A stretch of 63,818 nucleotides of DNA, filler included, from Licmophora abbreviata (taxonomy: Eukaryota), in the NCBI GenBank assembly GCA_900291995.1. It is 4 parts of 4 records of this genome, joined end to end, with 100 filler letters (N's around TTAATTAATTAA, not from the genome) between each part and the next. Parts side by side here need not be neighbours in the genome. Positions count along the whole stretch, not along the records: positions 44,773 to 59,792 come from OLMU01000387.1; 3 more parts are not named here. One strand, written 5' to 3'. This document shows positions 44,773 through 55,499 of the stretch, piece after piece. The notes below the pieces were generated by a model. It was given only the letters and a program-made list of their open reading frames with translations. It was not told where the DNA came from and ran no database searches. Position 1 is the stretch's first letter; each line of letters begins with the position of its first letter. Both the position numbers and the translations under genes were made by a program.

Positions 44773-45077
44773 AGTGTCCAAATACGAGTGGTATTCTGGA
44801 TTATGAGCTCATTATGCACGTGGCAACCTCGCCGTCTTTGTAGTTATCCTTATGGATTAATCTGTTTGTAACTTAAGTTTCACATATTTCATGAAGTCTC
44901 TCGAATCAGGTACCAGGTACCAGTGCGCAACCAGGTACCCAGCCAACGAATCCCGACAATATTTACGCGACTCTACCAATAAATGTTTATGGCTACGCCA
45001 TTGCATGGAATTTGCAGAAGGTAACTTGATTGCGTCTTTAGATTACATTTGCTTATACTACGCATTTCCATGCACTT

Positions 45078-47737
45078 TTACACTTCCACACGATTATCTT
45101 TCCCTAGGTCACGGACCGAAGAGTCGCCCTTCGAGGCTTCGTCGTCGACGGTGTGACCTCCGCACGATGCCCTCTCTTGGGTAACTTCTTTGATGAGGCC
45201 TAGGGCCCTGGTGAAGCTAAAACTTTCCGAGGCGATCTCCGCTGTAGGACTGCACTTCAGCGCGCTCGCTTCGGTTCCAAATGCGACCGAAGAAGGCATG
45301 TAGTGTGGTGATGTCCCACATCCGAAGGTTCTCACCATCTAGTGAGGTAAGGAGGGGACATGGTGCAGGTTAAGCAGAGAAAAATCAACCCGTATCGTGG
45401 TCAAGATCAGAATTTGTCACGTACCTCGTCCAAAGGAACAGAAAAGCTTCCTGGCAATGTGTTGTCGACATGATGGATGTTCGCTGCCGTGATTAGAACA
45501 GTCGGGTGGTCATCCCCCAAGACAGACTGTTGAATGAGTAGTGCTTCTTCTAAGGCCACACTAGCTTCTTCGTACTCTCCCTTTCGTTGCCTTATCGACC
45601 CAAGATTACAAAGCGATGAAGCAATGCTCAGTAGAGACTGGTTCGAAGATGCAGACTCATCCAGCAGAGGGGAGCTTCGAAGTGTCTCTCGTTGAATCTC
45701 GAGGGCCTCTTCAAACGCGAGCTCTGCCCCTTCCATCTCGTCAAGCTCAAACAGCGCGCAGCCTACATTGTTCAGAATCTTTCCAACCTTTGGATGCTTG
45801 TGGCCGAGGAAACTCTTTCGTATCTCAAGTGCCTCACGAAAAGCAAATAACGCTTCACGATGTTTGTTACTCTCCAGATGCGCCACTCCAAGCTGTGCCA
45901 GTGAGACTGCCACATCGGGGTGATTCGGCCCCAAGGTTTCCCTCCGGACATCCACGGCCTCCCTACAAACCTCGACGGCCTCTTTGTAGCTTCTTGTCTT
46001 CAAATGAACAATGCCAATGTTGTGCAATGCCGTTCCGACGCGACTGTGCTTTGGACCATATCGCTCTCGATGGCCACGCAAGATTTCTTCAAAGACCTCT
46101 AGCGCCTCCGCATACTCGCCATGTGAAAGATGCTCCGAGGCCATTTGATGAATGGCATTCAAGTTCCGCTCAGCTTCTAGGAATGATCCATCGTCAGTGT
46201 CGACCGGTCCTGTACGAGACCGCGGGGAGGGAGCCCTTGGGGTCGAATCTGTGGATGACAGGCTATCGACAGAGTTGCTTCTTCCGCGTGGTGCTTCAAA
46301 ATGAGAGCGCCCAAGTGCGGTGGAGTCGACCGGTCGGTTATACTTTCTGCCAGGTCGGCGAATCGAGAAAACACTAGTTTTGGACGTGAGGTCGGGCAAC
46401 GCCGATGGGCTATGGTTGCTGTGCTCAGCCTTGACGGGTTCCGCTGCAGGTGAGACCTTGGGCATCTGCGCTTTCTTCCTAGACGATGGAGTAGGGGGGC
46501 CTCCAGCAATCAGGTTTCGTTCGGGTCCGAACTGGGCCTTCGAAGGCGTGACGACTGAGAAGGAGTTTGACTTCACCGTGGGAGCAGTTCGGTTGGCTCC
46601 GGCAAGCAAGCCAATGTGACTGTCCGTCTTCAAAACATTTGTTGAAAGCAAGGACATTGAACTCTCGACAGGGAATTCGATCGATGGTGAATTTGTTGAG
46701 GTTTCGATCACGTTGGTCTTTGAAGCCAGGGGTTCCGGCAGATTTCGAAGAGAGTCGGGACTCGGAACTCGTTGAGTCGGAGGAGCCATTGGGGGTCGAC
46801 CTGGTCTATTTCGACTTCCCTTTCTCTTTCTGGAGAATCGAAGAGGATCTGAGTGCGGTTCTGTGCCATATGGGTCAAAGTCGGGTCCATGGACGGGTAT
46901 GGCTTCGAAATCTGTGTCCGTCGTCGGGAGCGTCTGGCTTCTCGGGAATCCAGGGTCGTCTTGTGCGTGTGCGATGGCCATTCGTGAGTGCACGTAGCCT
47001 CCCTCGTTATCAATCGTCGCCATGCCGTCAAAGGTATCACGGTAGTTCGGTCTCGCCAAAGGTTTCCTCTCATGAGACTTCTTGTTGCCAATGACCGGAG
47101 TTGCCGTGCTGTGGAACGTGTGAAACGAAAGAAATGAGCCGAAGGACCGTCCCGATCTCTCGGTACCGACGGAGTTGTTCGATGAAACAGTCTTTCGTCG
47201 AGAGGATCGAAATGAGGGGGGTTTCCAGCGAAGCTTACGGCGAACTTTTCCGTTCCTTCGCTTGATTGGTGAAGACCTCTCGTCGTCTGATTGCGTCTGT
47301 GTCAACTCCTCGTCGTCGAAGCTGCTTCGATCGACAATCATTCCTAGAAGAGCGTTGTCGCCGGGGGTTCTTGCTCGACTTGACATTTTGGGTTCCAATG
47401 GAATTGTGGGGACGTTGCTCTTGATGACTTGCGGGAAAGAAAGTGCGCTTTCACCGCGATGAGCATTCAGTATGACTCGAACTTTCCTCTCGGTGTACGG
47501 CTTTCGTGCAGACAGTTGCTCTCTCGAAATTCGGAGTCCAGCAGAGATCTCTTTCGGCGCCTCTAAGGATCCAAAATTCAATTCTTTGTTACTCTCTCGG
47601 TTAACTCCTAGTCCTCTTTCCTGCGGGTACCCGTACCTCAACGCCAGCTGCGAAGTCGCCTTGGCGACGATGTCTTTGCCATGGAGTCGACTCACATCGC
47701 GAGCCACAAGACTCGCATCCGCTTCGTGGCGCGCCAT
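45078..47737 (-). CDS. TPR (kinesin light chain-like) repeat protein with long disordered N-terminus; start uncertain; probable intron 45339-45424
   Basis: Repeats such as GEYAEALEVFEEIL..YGPKHSRVGTALHNIG, LGPNHPDVAVSLAQLG, LGHKHPKVGKILNNVG, LGDDHPTV. Confidence 0.8.
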
Positions 47738-48104
47738 CCTCGAACTTCACGGGTTTCGAAACATGTGAGAAGGCCGCCTGACTCGGATGTATCCTCACTA
47801 CTAAATAATGTGAATAAATATCACAATAAATAAATTTGGGAGTGACATTCGCTAATACCAAAGATATACGTTCCTTCATGATCCCATAAGTGTTTGGAAT
47901 TTCAAACAGTGATGTTTGCTCTAAGTTCCTGATTCCTATTCCCTGCCCAAAGGCAAGCGGAGGGCCATCCGTTTGGAACTGGAAAATCAAAATATCCAAT
48001 ACATGAATGGAGGAGTCCCTGGTCGTTTAGAATACGCAAATAATGATGAAGCCGTATTCCACTTTTCCACAGATGTGGTGCGAGCGAATGCCACAATCCA
48101 AACC

Positions 48105-49952
48105 ATGGCCGAGGAACAAGAGTACAGGTGAGTCTCTCGGAAGGGCTCACTCCTATGAACTGTTCACGTGATGTGACGATCAATCTCGTGTCTCAGATGC
48201 TCTGACCGTGGTTGAGGGGTGCACTCGCTGCTAAGCTGGACCGTTTTGACGACCGGAAAACGTCCATGGTGGTATGGCGGAAAACAGGTTATAGGCCTTG
48301 AACCACAACCAAGGATTGTGGCGGGAAACCAATGCTTGCCACGCATCGCCTCCAGTCGTCGATCGTCGTCTTACAACTTTCATCTTACGATTGAACGAAC
48401 AAACAAACACTCGAAACCAACAAACTATCTTATGCTTGCCACTGAACCGCCTGCTCCTTCTCCTTCTGTGCTCCCTAGTGAAGAAAAAGCGCCTCCCGCG
48501 GAGAGGGGCGAAAGTGAAGGCTTCGGGGAGCCGCTCCCCGGTGGTCTAACCGATGCGGACATCGATTCCAACTGGGACGAAGCCATTGAATCCTTCGATG
48601 GCATGGATCTACCGGAGGAGCTACTTCGTGGTATCTATGCTTACGGTTTCGAAAAGCCGTCTGCCATTCAGCAGCGTGCCATCAAGCCCACGATTCTCTC
48701 GAGGGACTTGATTGCTCAGGCTCAGTCCGGAACGGTATGTACATGAACGTGTGAATCAAGAGCTACACAGAGAAGTCCTCGGAAGGAATGAAGAGATTCG
48801 TTAACCATCTTTCGAGTCTGAAAAGAGTCACCCTCGACATGTCTGACAACTCAAACTCAAAACCAGACCTTGGAGGATTCCCTTGGAGAGCGCTTCGTAC
48901 CTGACTTATCCCTGCTTGATGCACTTCCGCTTCGCGCGACTCACGGACACTCGTCTGACCCTTTCTTTTCATAGGGTAAAACGGCTACGTTCGCCATTGG
49001 GACCCTTGCCAAGCTCGACCCCAAGCTTCGCGAGTGCCAGTCTCTCATTTTGGCCCCCACTCGTGAGCTCGCGCAGCAGATCCAAAAGGTCGTGATCGCC
49101 CTCGGCGACTACATGGACCTAGCGGTCCATGCCTGTGTCGGAGGAACGGCCGTCCGTGACGACATTCGCACTCTCCAGGGTGGCGTGCACGTCGTCGTCG
49201 GAACGCCTGGTCGTGTCTTTGATATGATCAACCGTCGGGCTCTCCGCCTCGACAGCATTCGGCAATTCTTCTTGGATGAGGCCGATGAGATGCTTTCTCG
49301 TGGATTCAAGGATCAAATCTATGACATTTTCAAGTTCCTTCCCGAGACGGTTCAGGTGTGTCTGTTCTCGGCGACAATGCCCCTCGATGTGCTTGAGGTG
49401 ACGCAGCGCTTCATGCGTGACCCCGTCCGTATCCTTGTCAAGAAGGATGAACTTACCCTCGAAGGTATCAAGCAGTTCTATATTGCTGTCGAGCGTGAGG
49501 AATGGAAGCTTGAGACTCTTTGTGATCTCTACGAGACGCTGACCATCACGCAGGCGATCATCTACTGTAATACCAGGCGCAAGGTCGACTGGCTTCAAGA
49601 AGAGATGCAGAAGAAGGATTTCACCGTCTCGTGCATGCATGGTGACATGGACCAGCGCGAGCGTGATATTATCATGCGCGAGTTTCGTTCGGGCTCGTCT
49701 CGTGTGTTGATTACCACGGATCTGTTGGCTCGTGGTATCGACGTGCAGCAGGTTTCGTTGGTCATTAACTTTGACCTTCCCACCAACCGTGAGAACTACA
49801 TCCATCGTATCGGACGATCGGGACGTTTCGGACGTAAGGGTGTGGCGATCAACTTCCTCGCCGATGGCGATGTTCGTTACCTACGTGATATTGAGCAGTT
49901 CTACACGACGGAAATTACGGAGATGCCCATGGACGTGGCGGATCTCATCTAA
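48105..49952 (+). CDS. eIF4A: Eukaryotic initiation factor 4A, DEAD-box helicase (exons 48105-48127, 48479-48734, 48975-49952)
   Basis: [55 protein letters not shown]. Both introns are in phase and unusually long (351 and 240 nt). Confidence 0.96.
48783..48850 (+). ncRNA. Candidate intronic box C/D snoRNA, snR39B/SNORD2-like
   Basis: C-like box ATGAAGA at 48788-48794. Guide ACCATCTTTCG(AGT) is antisense to the conserved LSU rRNA sequence CGAAAGAUGGU, directly followed by CTGA at 48818-48821. A second CTGA lies at 48843-48846. Exact ends are uncertain. Confidence 0.65.
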
Positions 49953-50099
49953 GAAAGAATCCAGAAAGAATAAAAAAGTGAAAAATGTTTATGAAGGACT
50001 GGGGTGCACATTTCGTTTTGTTACTCTGATCATTTGTCCATGCTACGTGCTCAAGGAATAGCGGGCTCAAACGCACTGTGCGTGTAAGCGAAGATGAAG

Positions 50100-50918
50100 C
50101 TACACGATTGGCGCATGTTTCGCCACGGGAATCGGATCGGCATCGCCCTGCTCGAGTGGCATCTCTCCTGAATCCGTTATCACAATTTTACTTCTCGGTC
50201 TGCCTCCATACGTTCCTTCGTCTTCAATCGCATTTATGATGCTCTCTCCTCCCAAAACTCGACCGAACACTACATGGTGACCATCCAGCCATTGCGTCTT
50301 GACTGTGTTGATGAAGAACTGAGACCCGTTTGTATTCCTTCCACCACTCGCCATGGCCAACATGAATCTTCGATTCAGTTTTACTTGAAAAGTTTCATCT
50401 TCAAACTTGCGTCCATAGATACTCTCCCCACCGGATCCATCGTGGTGTGTATAGTCTCCACCTTGAATCATGAATCCCGGAATGACCCTATGGAATGTTG
50501 TATTCTTGTAGCACATGTCGATGCCCGTTACTTCGGCTTTGCCCTTATCACACTTGCACAAACTGAGAAAATTCTCGACGGTTTTGGGTGCAATCTTTCC
50601 AAAAAGGCCCAATACTATACGTCCCTGGTGTTCTTCTCCTTCAATCTTGACATCTAGGTAAACTTTATGAGTCACTTCTGGCATCATTCTGTGTGTGTGC
50701 GACCAAACAAACAACAACGCTGTGGCGTGAGATAGAAATACAAGCACAACGCGAACTTCAAGGCAACGGCCTAGTAAATCTCACGGTATAGGATCCATCA
50801 AGGGCGGTATGGCCTTCTTCATTGGTTGACCGGAGCTTGTGCTGGCGAGAAAGACTAGTATCCATTGTAAGAAACAAAAGCGAATTGGGGGTGTCATCGT
50901 CATCATGGTCATTGTCAT
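50100..50918 (-). CDS. Cyclophilin-type peptidyl-prolyl isomerase with signal peptide (exons 50918-50785, 50688-50100)
   Basis: VTHKVYLDV, PKTVENF, FHRVIPGFMIQGGD, NTNGSQFFI, WLDGHHVVFGRV. The upstream exon encodes a hydrophobic signal (FCFLQWILVFLAST). Confidence 0.9.
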
Positions 50919-51190
50919 GCAAAAGCCAAAAGAGTGGGCACTCGCCGTGTGTGTGACGCCGACAGCGAAAAGGACCTCTAGGGAGATCGACTCGACTCAT
51001 TCGACTAATATTCGGACGCTCTTTTCTTGGACTGATGACTGATAGAAGTTTTGAGTCGTATGAGTCGGATATTTCTCTCCTATGCTTCCACGTGAAGACT
51101 TTTTTCGTTTCAAACACAAACCATTGAACTTTGAATTTCACCCTTCATTCATTGACTGCCCGTCCTTTGTATCTGCGTGTGTCATCCACT

Positions 51191-52582
51191 ATGACATCGG
51201 TGCCGTATCCAACGTTTGTCAACCAACTTCCCGTGGGAGAGGGTCGTCTGGCACTTCCAGCAATCGGGAAATGTAGAATCTATCCTGAAACGTGCGGGGT
51301 AGAGGAGGAGTATCGTCTCTTGGTGGCCAAGTGTGTGGAGCAAGCGAACGAGGACGACAAGAAACTCCGGAAGAAGTACATGAAGGAAGGTGTTTCCATG
51401 GGTAGACGGCTCTTGATGGACACCCTCAAACTTGATGTGAGCATTGTCGATGTGGAAGTGGTCGTGACGGCTGACGATTTGAGTGCATCGGATGGATGTC
51501 TGGCAGTTTGTCTGCTGGACGCAGGGAGCCATGCGATTGTGACGGATGGGACAAAGTTGGGATCCATGGACGCTGCCAAGATACCGCGGGAGCGTCTGGT
51601 TGCTCATTTTGTCAACGAACCGTCAGTGGCAGACATGACGGCCGCCGTGGATTTGGCGAGTGTCGTGAGTATCGAGTATGGAACTGAGAAGGCGACAGCA
51701 GACGGCGTAGTCAGTCTGTTGCAGTTGGCGATGGACGAGCAGTACAAGCTGAAGTATGAGATTGTAGTTCAGCTGTGCAATGCCAACTGGCAAGAAATCA
51801 GCGATGGTGACTTTGCTGCCTTCGTCGGGGAGGCCCTGAAGCACTGCAAAGATGGGCATGGGACCGTCACGTTGGTGGACCCTACGCCAAGTCAGCTGGG
51901 ACTCAGTTTTGCTGCACGCATCAAGACTGACCGTCCAGATGGCCTCTTTACAACTGTTGTCTGTACTCGCGCAGGGGAAGGATTAGGTCTTGTGTACTCG
52001 TCTAAGGAGTCGATCGTTGCCGCTCTCGAGTGCGGTCGAGGCGTGTACTACTCTCGATCACGTAAGGGGCTCTGGCGAAAAGGTGATACCTCTGGTCACT
52101 TTCAGACACTTCATCGGCTGGATCTAGATTGCGATGGCGATGCACTTCGCTTTACGGTGACGCAGCGTGGCGAGGATGTTGCAGCCTTTTGTCACCTCAA
52201 CACTCTCACCTGCTGGGGCGAACCTCGAGGGCTTCGTCATTTGGAGGGGACGCTGAAGGAACGACTGAAATCAGCTCCCGAAGGCTCGTATACGAAGAGA
52301 CTGTTTGATGACGACCAACTGCTTCGCGACAAGCTTGTAGAAGAAGCGCAGGAGCTTTCGGAAGCAACAGAGCCGCAGCATGTGGCGGAGGAACTTGCTG
52401 ATGTTTTGTATTTTGCCATGACTCGGGCTGCAAAGGCGGGAGTGAGCATCGACGATGCGGTGGCAGAGCTGGATCGAAGAAGTCGCAAGGTGACGAGGCG
52501 GAAAGGTGACAGCAAAGCATTTCGAATTGCAGCCGGGCAGGAGATTCTGAGCAAAAAGGACACAGAATTGTCTGGAGCATAG
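51191..52582 (+). CDS. hisIE: Bifunctional phosphoribosyl-AMP cyclohydrolase / phosphoribosyl-ATP pyrophosphohydrolase (HisIE)
   Basis: DRPDGLFTT, YYSRSRKGLWRKGDTSG, DCDGDAL, FCH..TCW, SYTKRLF..KLVEEAQE..ELADVLYF. Confidence 0.92.
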   Translation: MTSVPYPTFVNQLPVGEGRLALPAIGKCRIYPETCGVEEEYRLLVAKCVEQANEDDKKLRKKYMKEGVSMGRRLLMDTLKLDVSIVDVEVVVTADDLSASDGCLAVCLLDAGSHAIVTDGTKLGSMDAAKIPRERLVAHFVNEPSVADMTAAVDLASVVSIEYGTEKATADGVVSLLQLAMDEQYKLKYEIVVQLCNANWQEISDGDFAAFVGEALKHCKDGHGTVTLVDPTPSQLGLSFAARIKTDRPDGLFTTVVCTRAGEGLGLVYSSKESIVAALECGRGVYYSRSRKGLWRKGDTSGHFQTLHRLDLDCDGDALRFTVTQRGEDVAAFCHLNTLTCWGEPRGLRHLEGTLKERLKSAPEGSYTKRLFDDDQLLRDKLVEEAQELSEATEPQHVAEELADVLYFAMTRAAKAGVSIDDAVAELDRRSRKVTRRKGDSKAFRIAAGQEILSKKDTELSGA

Positions 52583-52687
52583 TGCATAGTGATGTGCCAA
52601 TGCATCCAAAGGATGTCATACTAGAAGTATGTCTTAAAAGCAGGCTCTATATTTTTTTAAAACTTTGTGCATTGAGCGATGTCTATT

Positions 52688-53815
52688 CTAGAATTCGACA
52701 TCGTAGTGCGATTCAGACTTTTTGCCGTTGTTGTCGACGACAAAGGTAGCTTGTCTCTCACTTTCAAGAACTGCAATCACATGTTTCGTCACACTTTCTT
52801 GCAATGCTTCCATGGGAGGAGGCGAAGCAATTTTAGCTGGACCGCATAGAACGCGAATCTTTGACACTGTGAGTGGGTCGATGAAGCCCGCAGCAAGATT
52901 CCAGATCCAAGAACAAGCAGGCGGGAGCGGATACAACAAACATTGATACAGGCGTTCTGGAAACATGGAGAGCAGAAGTTTCGTGACGTTTTGAATAAAA
53001 GGCAGTTGCTTGTAGGGATGTACATTGGCCCATGTCTTCCCGCCTCGAACATCTAGCATGACGGTGTAGAGTTCTGTCGAAGTCCGGTCCAGCTTGCGAT
53101 CGAGGTACAATGCCATTGCCAGGGCGTATGTTGCAGGGCTTGCAAGTTTTGGGTCTAACTGAGCAGGTAGCAAGTGAATGATGCGGTAGCCATCTTTGTC
53201 ACAAACGGGCGATCCATCGTCATTATGGTACATGCGGGCAAGGCGAGGGGCTGTGCTGCTGGACTCGTCGTCCTGGCAAGCCTTTCTGGAAATCTCGAAG
53301 GCTCGGTTCCAGTCATCAGTATCAGTCTCCACAGAATCAGTTTCGCTGAAGTGCTCCTTTTCGATTGTATCATATGTTGCTCGCCATTGCAAGTATCCAG
53401 CTAGCTGTTTGGCAGCGGCTGTTCGATCGGAATTGCGTGCCAGCAGAAAGCGTCGACGCTCTGCAGCGGAGCTGTTCGGCAGGACTTCTTTAAGAGCCTC
53501 CTCGGCTTTCTGTAGTTCTTGCTCTTTCAAAGAGGAGGAGGATAACTTTCTCTGTAGAGGGGAGGTAACGAAACTAGGAGGCCCGTTGATTGGCGCCTCG
53601 TCTTCATCAAAAGCGGATGACCGCTTTGACTTCTTGACGCTTGGCAGAATCCAGAGAAGACAAATTGCAAGTAGAGCCACGGCGTGTGCGCCATAGACTT
53701 GTCCTCCTTCTTGGGCCTCGCGATAAGAGAGTTGCAGAAGTTCTGTAATCATAATGATAGGTTCGTGCAGGTAGATTGATCGTGAATTGGTCTGAAGTTG
53801 TGGCACCATGATCAT
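52688..53815 (-). CDS. CRAL-TRIO (Sec14-like) lipid-binding protein with N-terminal TM; start uncertain (53815 or 53752)
   Basis: ERRRFLLAR..A...L..YLQWR, DKDGYRIIH, VMLDVRG, FPERLYQCLLYP..WIWN..FIDPLTVSKI. Confidence 0.8.
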   Translation of the reverse strand: MIMVPQLQTNSRSIYLHEPIIMITELLQLSYREAQEGGQVYGAHAVALLAICLLWILPSVKKSKRSSAFDEDEAPINGPPSFVTSPLQRKLSSSSLKEQELQKAEEALKEVLPNSSAAERRRFLLARNSDRTAAAKQLAGYLQWRATYDTIEKEHFSETDSVETDTDDWNRAFEISRKACQDDESSSTAPRLARMYHNDDGSPVCDKDGYRIIHLLPAQLDPKLASPATYALAMALYLDRKLDRTSTELYTVMLDVRGGKTWANVHPYKQLPFIQNVTKLLLSMFPERLYQCLLYPLPPACSWIWNLAAGFIDPLTVSKIRVLCGPAKIASPPPMEALQESVTKHVIAVLESERQATFVVDNNGKKSESHYDVEF

Positions 53816-54145
53816 GTGTCCCCCGTTGTCGAGATTGGAAGATTGGCAATCTTGAGTGAATCTTGCCACGATTTTAGATTTTAGATTTCAGTCTTGGTTG
53901 TTCGCGCTCTCGAGCTGCGATGTGCGGGAGATGGTGGAATGAGATTCCCGATTCCTTTTGGCGATAACTTTTTCGCTTTTTTTTTTCGGTAAAAACGATA
54001 GAACGAAGAACATGACATCCGACAACCCACCCACAACAATCGACGTGGTTCCTTTGTCGCTGCGGCAGCACAATTCTCCTTGGCATCTTGTATCAATTGT
54101 TGTTTCTCACCAAGCAATCGCTAGTATTTTGTCTTGGTAGTGCGT

Positions 54146-55480
54146 ATGAGAGGAAACATGGACGAAGATCCACGAAAAAATGACAAGGAAGCCGACTTTC
54201 CGTCATCACCACCTCCCAAAGTCGAGAAGACCACTCCCGGAACCGCGACACCTGCATTGACAGTGCAGTCGCCGTCATCGTCAACCTGCTCTGTTCCTCC
54301 TGTAATATTACCAACGTCGTCACCGCGCTCACAAGAATTGAATCGTCACAGGCAAAATTTGCTTCGACAGATTCAAACTCTTTTTTGGTTTTCTGTTGCG
54401 TCCTTCGCGGCACTCTTATATCTGTTTCTGCCTGCGACGGCCCTGGTCCTCCTTTCCATTTTCGTCTCGAGTCTTTCAAGCCTTGCTTATCTGATGTACC
54501 ATTCTATGATTCTCGAGTGGGATTCGATTGTGCAAGGACGAGGTCTCGGTGACTATCTTCCCGAATCAGTCTACAGACAGCTTGCCCAAACGACATTGCA
54601 CGAATGGATGATGGACGGATCTTTTTTCCTCGAATGGCGACACCTGTTACTATATTTTGTCCCTGGAATCTCACAAGAGCAGCTCGCTTCGTATTTGGAG
54701 CGACTTGCGCCTCAGCATCGTGAGATTTTACAGCGTCCCGGGCTTGGACAATTCTTCGGAAATGACTTTATGCGTGTGCTCATGGGCGAAAGTCGATGGC
54801 ATCCTCGACTGCTCGCGGCGAGCCCCGCCCAGGACTTGTCGAGGCAGCTCTTTGAGGTTATGGAAGAAGAAGAAGAAGGATCAAACGCAGACGAGGAAGA
54901 TGTTCGACAGAGAGACGACGACAGTTTCTCCATTGACATTGATCTCAATCTCGACGACATTGACCTCGGTGTGAGCGCACGAGGAGCTTCTGGGCTGGCT
55001 AAGTTCATGGGTCTGGGAGCTAAAACTGATCGCAACGAAACACCCGCGCCAGAGCCGAGTCCGGTTGAGTCGGTGTCCCCAGCCCCTGCGGCAGACGAAG
55101 AGGGACAATGCGATTCTGACCGGGAGGGAGATGTGATTTCCGAGGCGTACACAGCCATGGTTGTCTCCTTCACGTCCATGGCAGTTAGCACAGCCAGACG
55201 GGCCGCTTCTCAAGCTGTGGAAGGCGCTTCACCCTATGTTATTGGTACTGCTATGGGACTCGTGTCGTTCTCGGTCGTAATTGGGACGATGGGCACCATG
55301 ATAGGCGTCTACTCCCCGCCAACAAGAGTTGCGCCCCGAGCTCCTCAGTTCCCCTCCGTTCGATCCCTCTGGACTACGGCCGCCTTTGGTGGGGTCTCCG
55401 CCGGAATGATGCTCATTGTCCGCACCGCCGTGAGACGATCGATACGAAGTTCCAGAACAGAGAGCGAGCCGGAAAAGTAG
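54146..55480 (+). CDS. Uncharacterised membrane protein (two TM pairs flanking an acidic linker)
   Basis: Long ORF with hydrophobic segments near both ends and a conserved-looking core (GLGDYLP..TLHEWMMD..LLYFVPGIS..L.RLAP.HR..L.RPGL). No family recognised. Confidence 0.65.
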   Translation: MRGNMDEDPRKNDKEADFPSSPPPKVEKTTPGTATPALTVQSPSSSTCSVPPVILPTSSPRSQELNRHRQNLLRQIQTLFWFSVASFAALLYLFLPATALVLLSIFVSSLSSLAYLMYHSMILEWDSIVQGRGLGDYLPESVYRQLAQTTLHEWMMDGSFFLEWRHLLLYFVPGISQEQLASYLERLAPQHREILQRPGLGQFFGNDFMRVLMGESRWHPRLLAASPAQDLSRQLFEVMEEEEEGSNADEEDVRQRDDDSFSIDIDLNLDDIDLGVSARGASGLAKFMGLGAKTDRNETPAPEPSPVESVSPAPAADEEGQCDSDREGDVISEAYTAMVVSFTSMAVSTARRAASQAVEGASPYVIGTAMGLVSFSVVIGTMGTMIGVYSPPTRVAPRAPQFPSVRSLWTTAAFGGVSAGMMLIVRTAVRRSIRSSRTESEPEK

Positions 55481-55499
55481 GACTGCAGTTTAGCATATT

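Noticed and set aside
48210..48310. TPP riboswitch in the eIF4A intron (GGGGTGC start)
   Set aside because: Lacks the CUGAGA and downstream CCUGA/AUAAU..GCGUAGG core of TPP aptamers, and the host gene is unrelated to thiamine.
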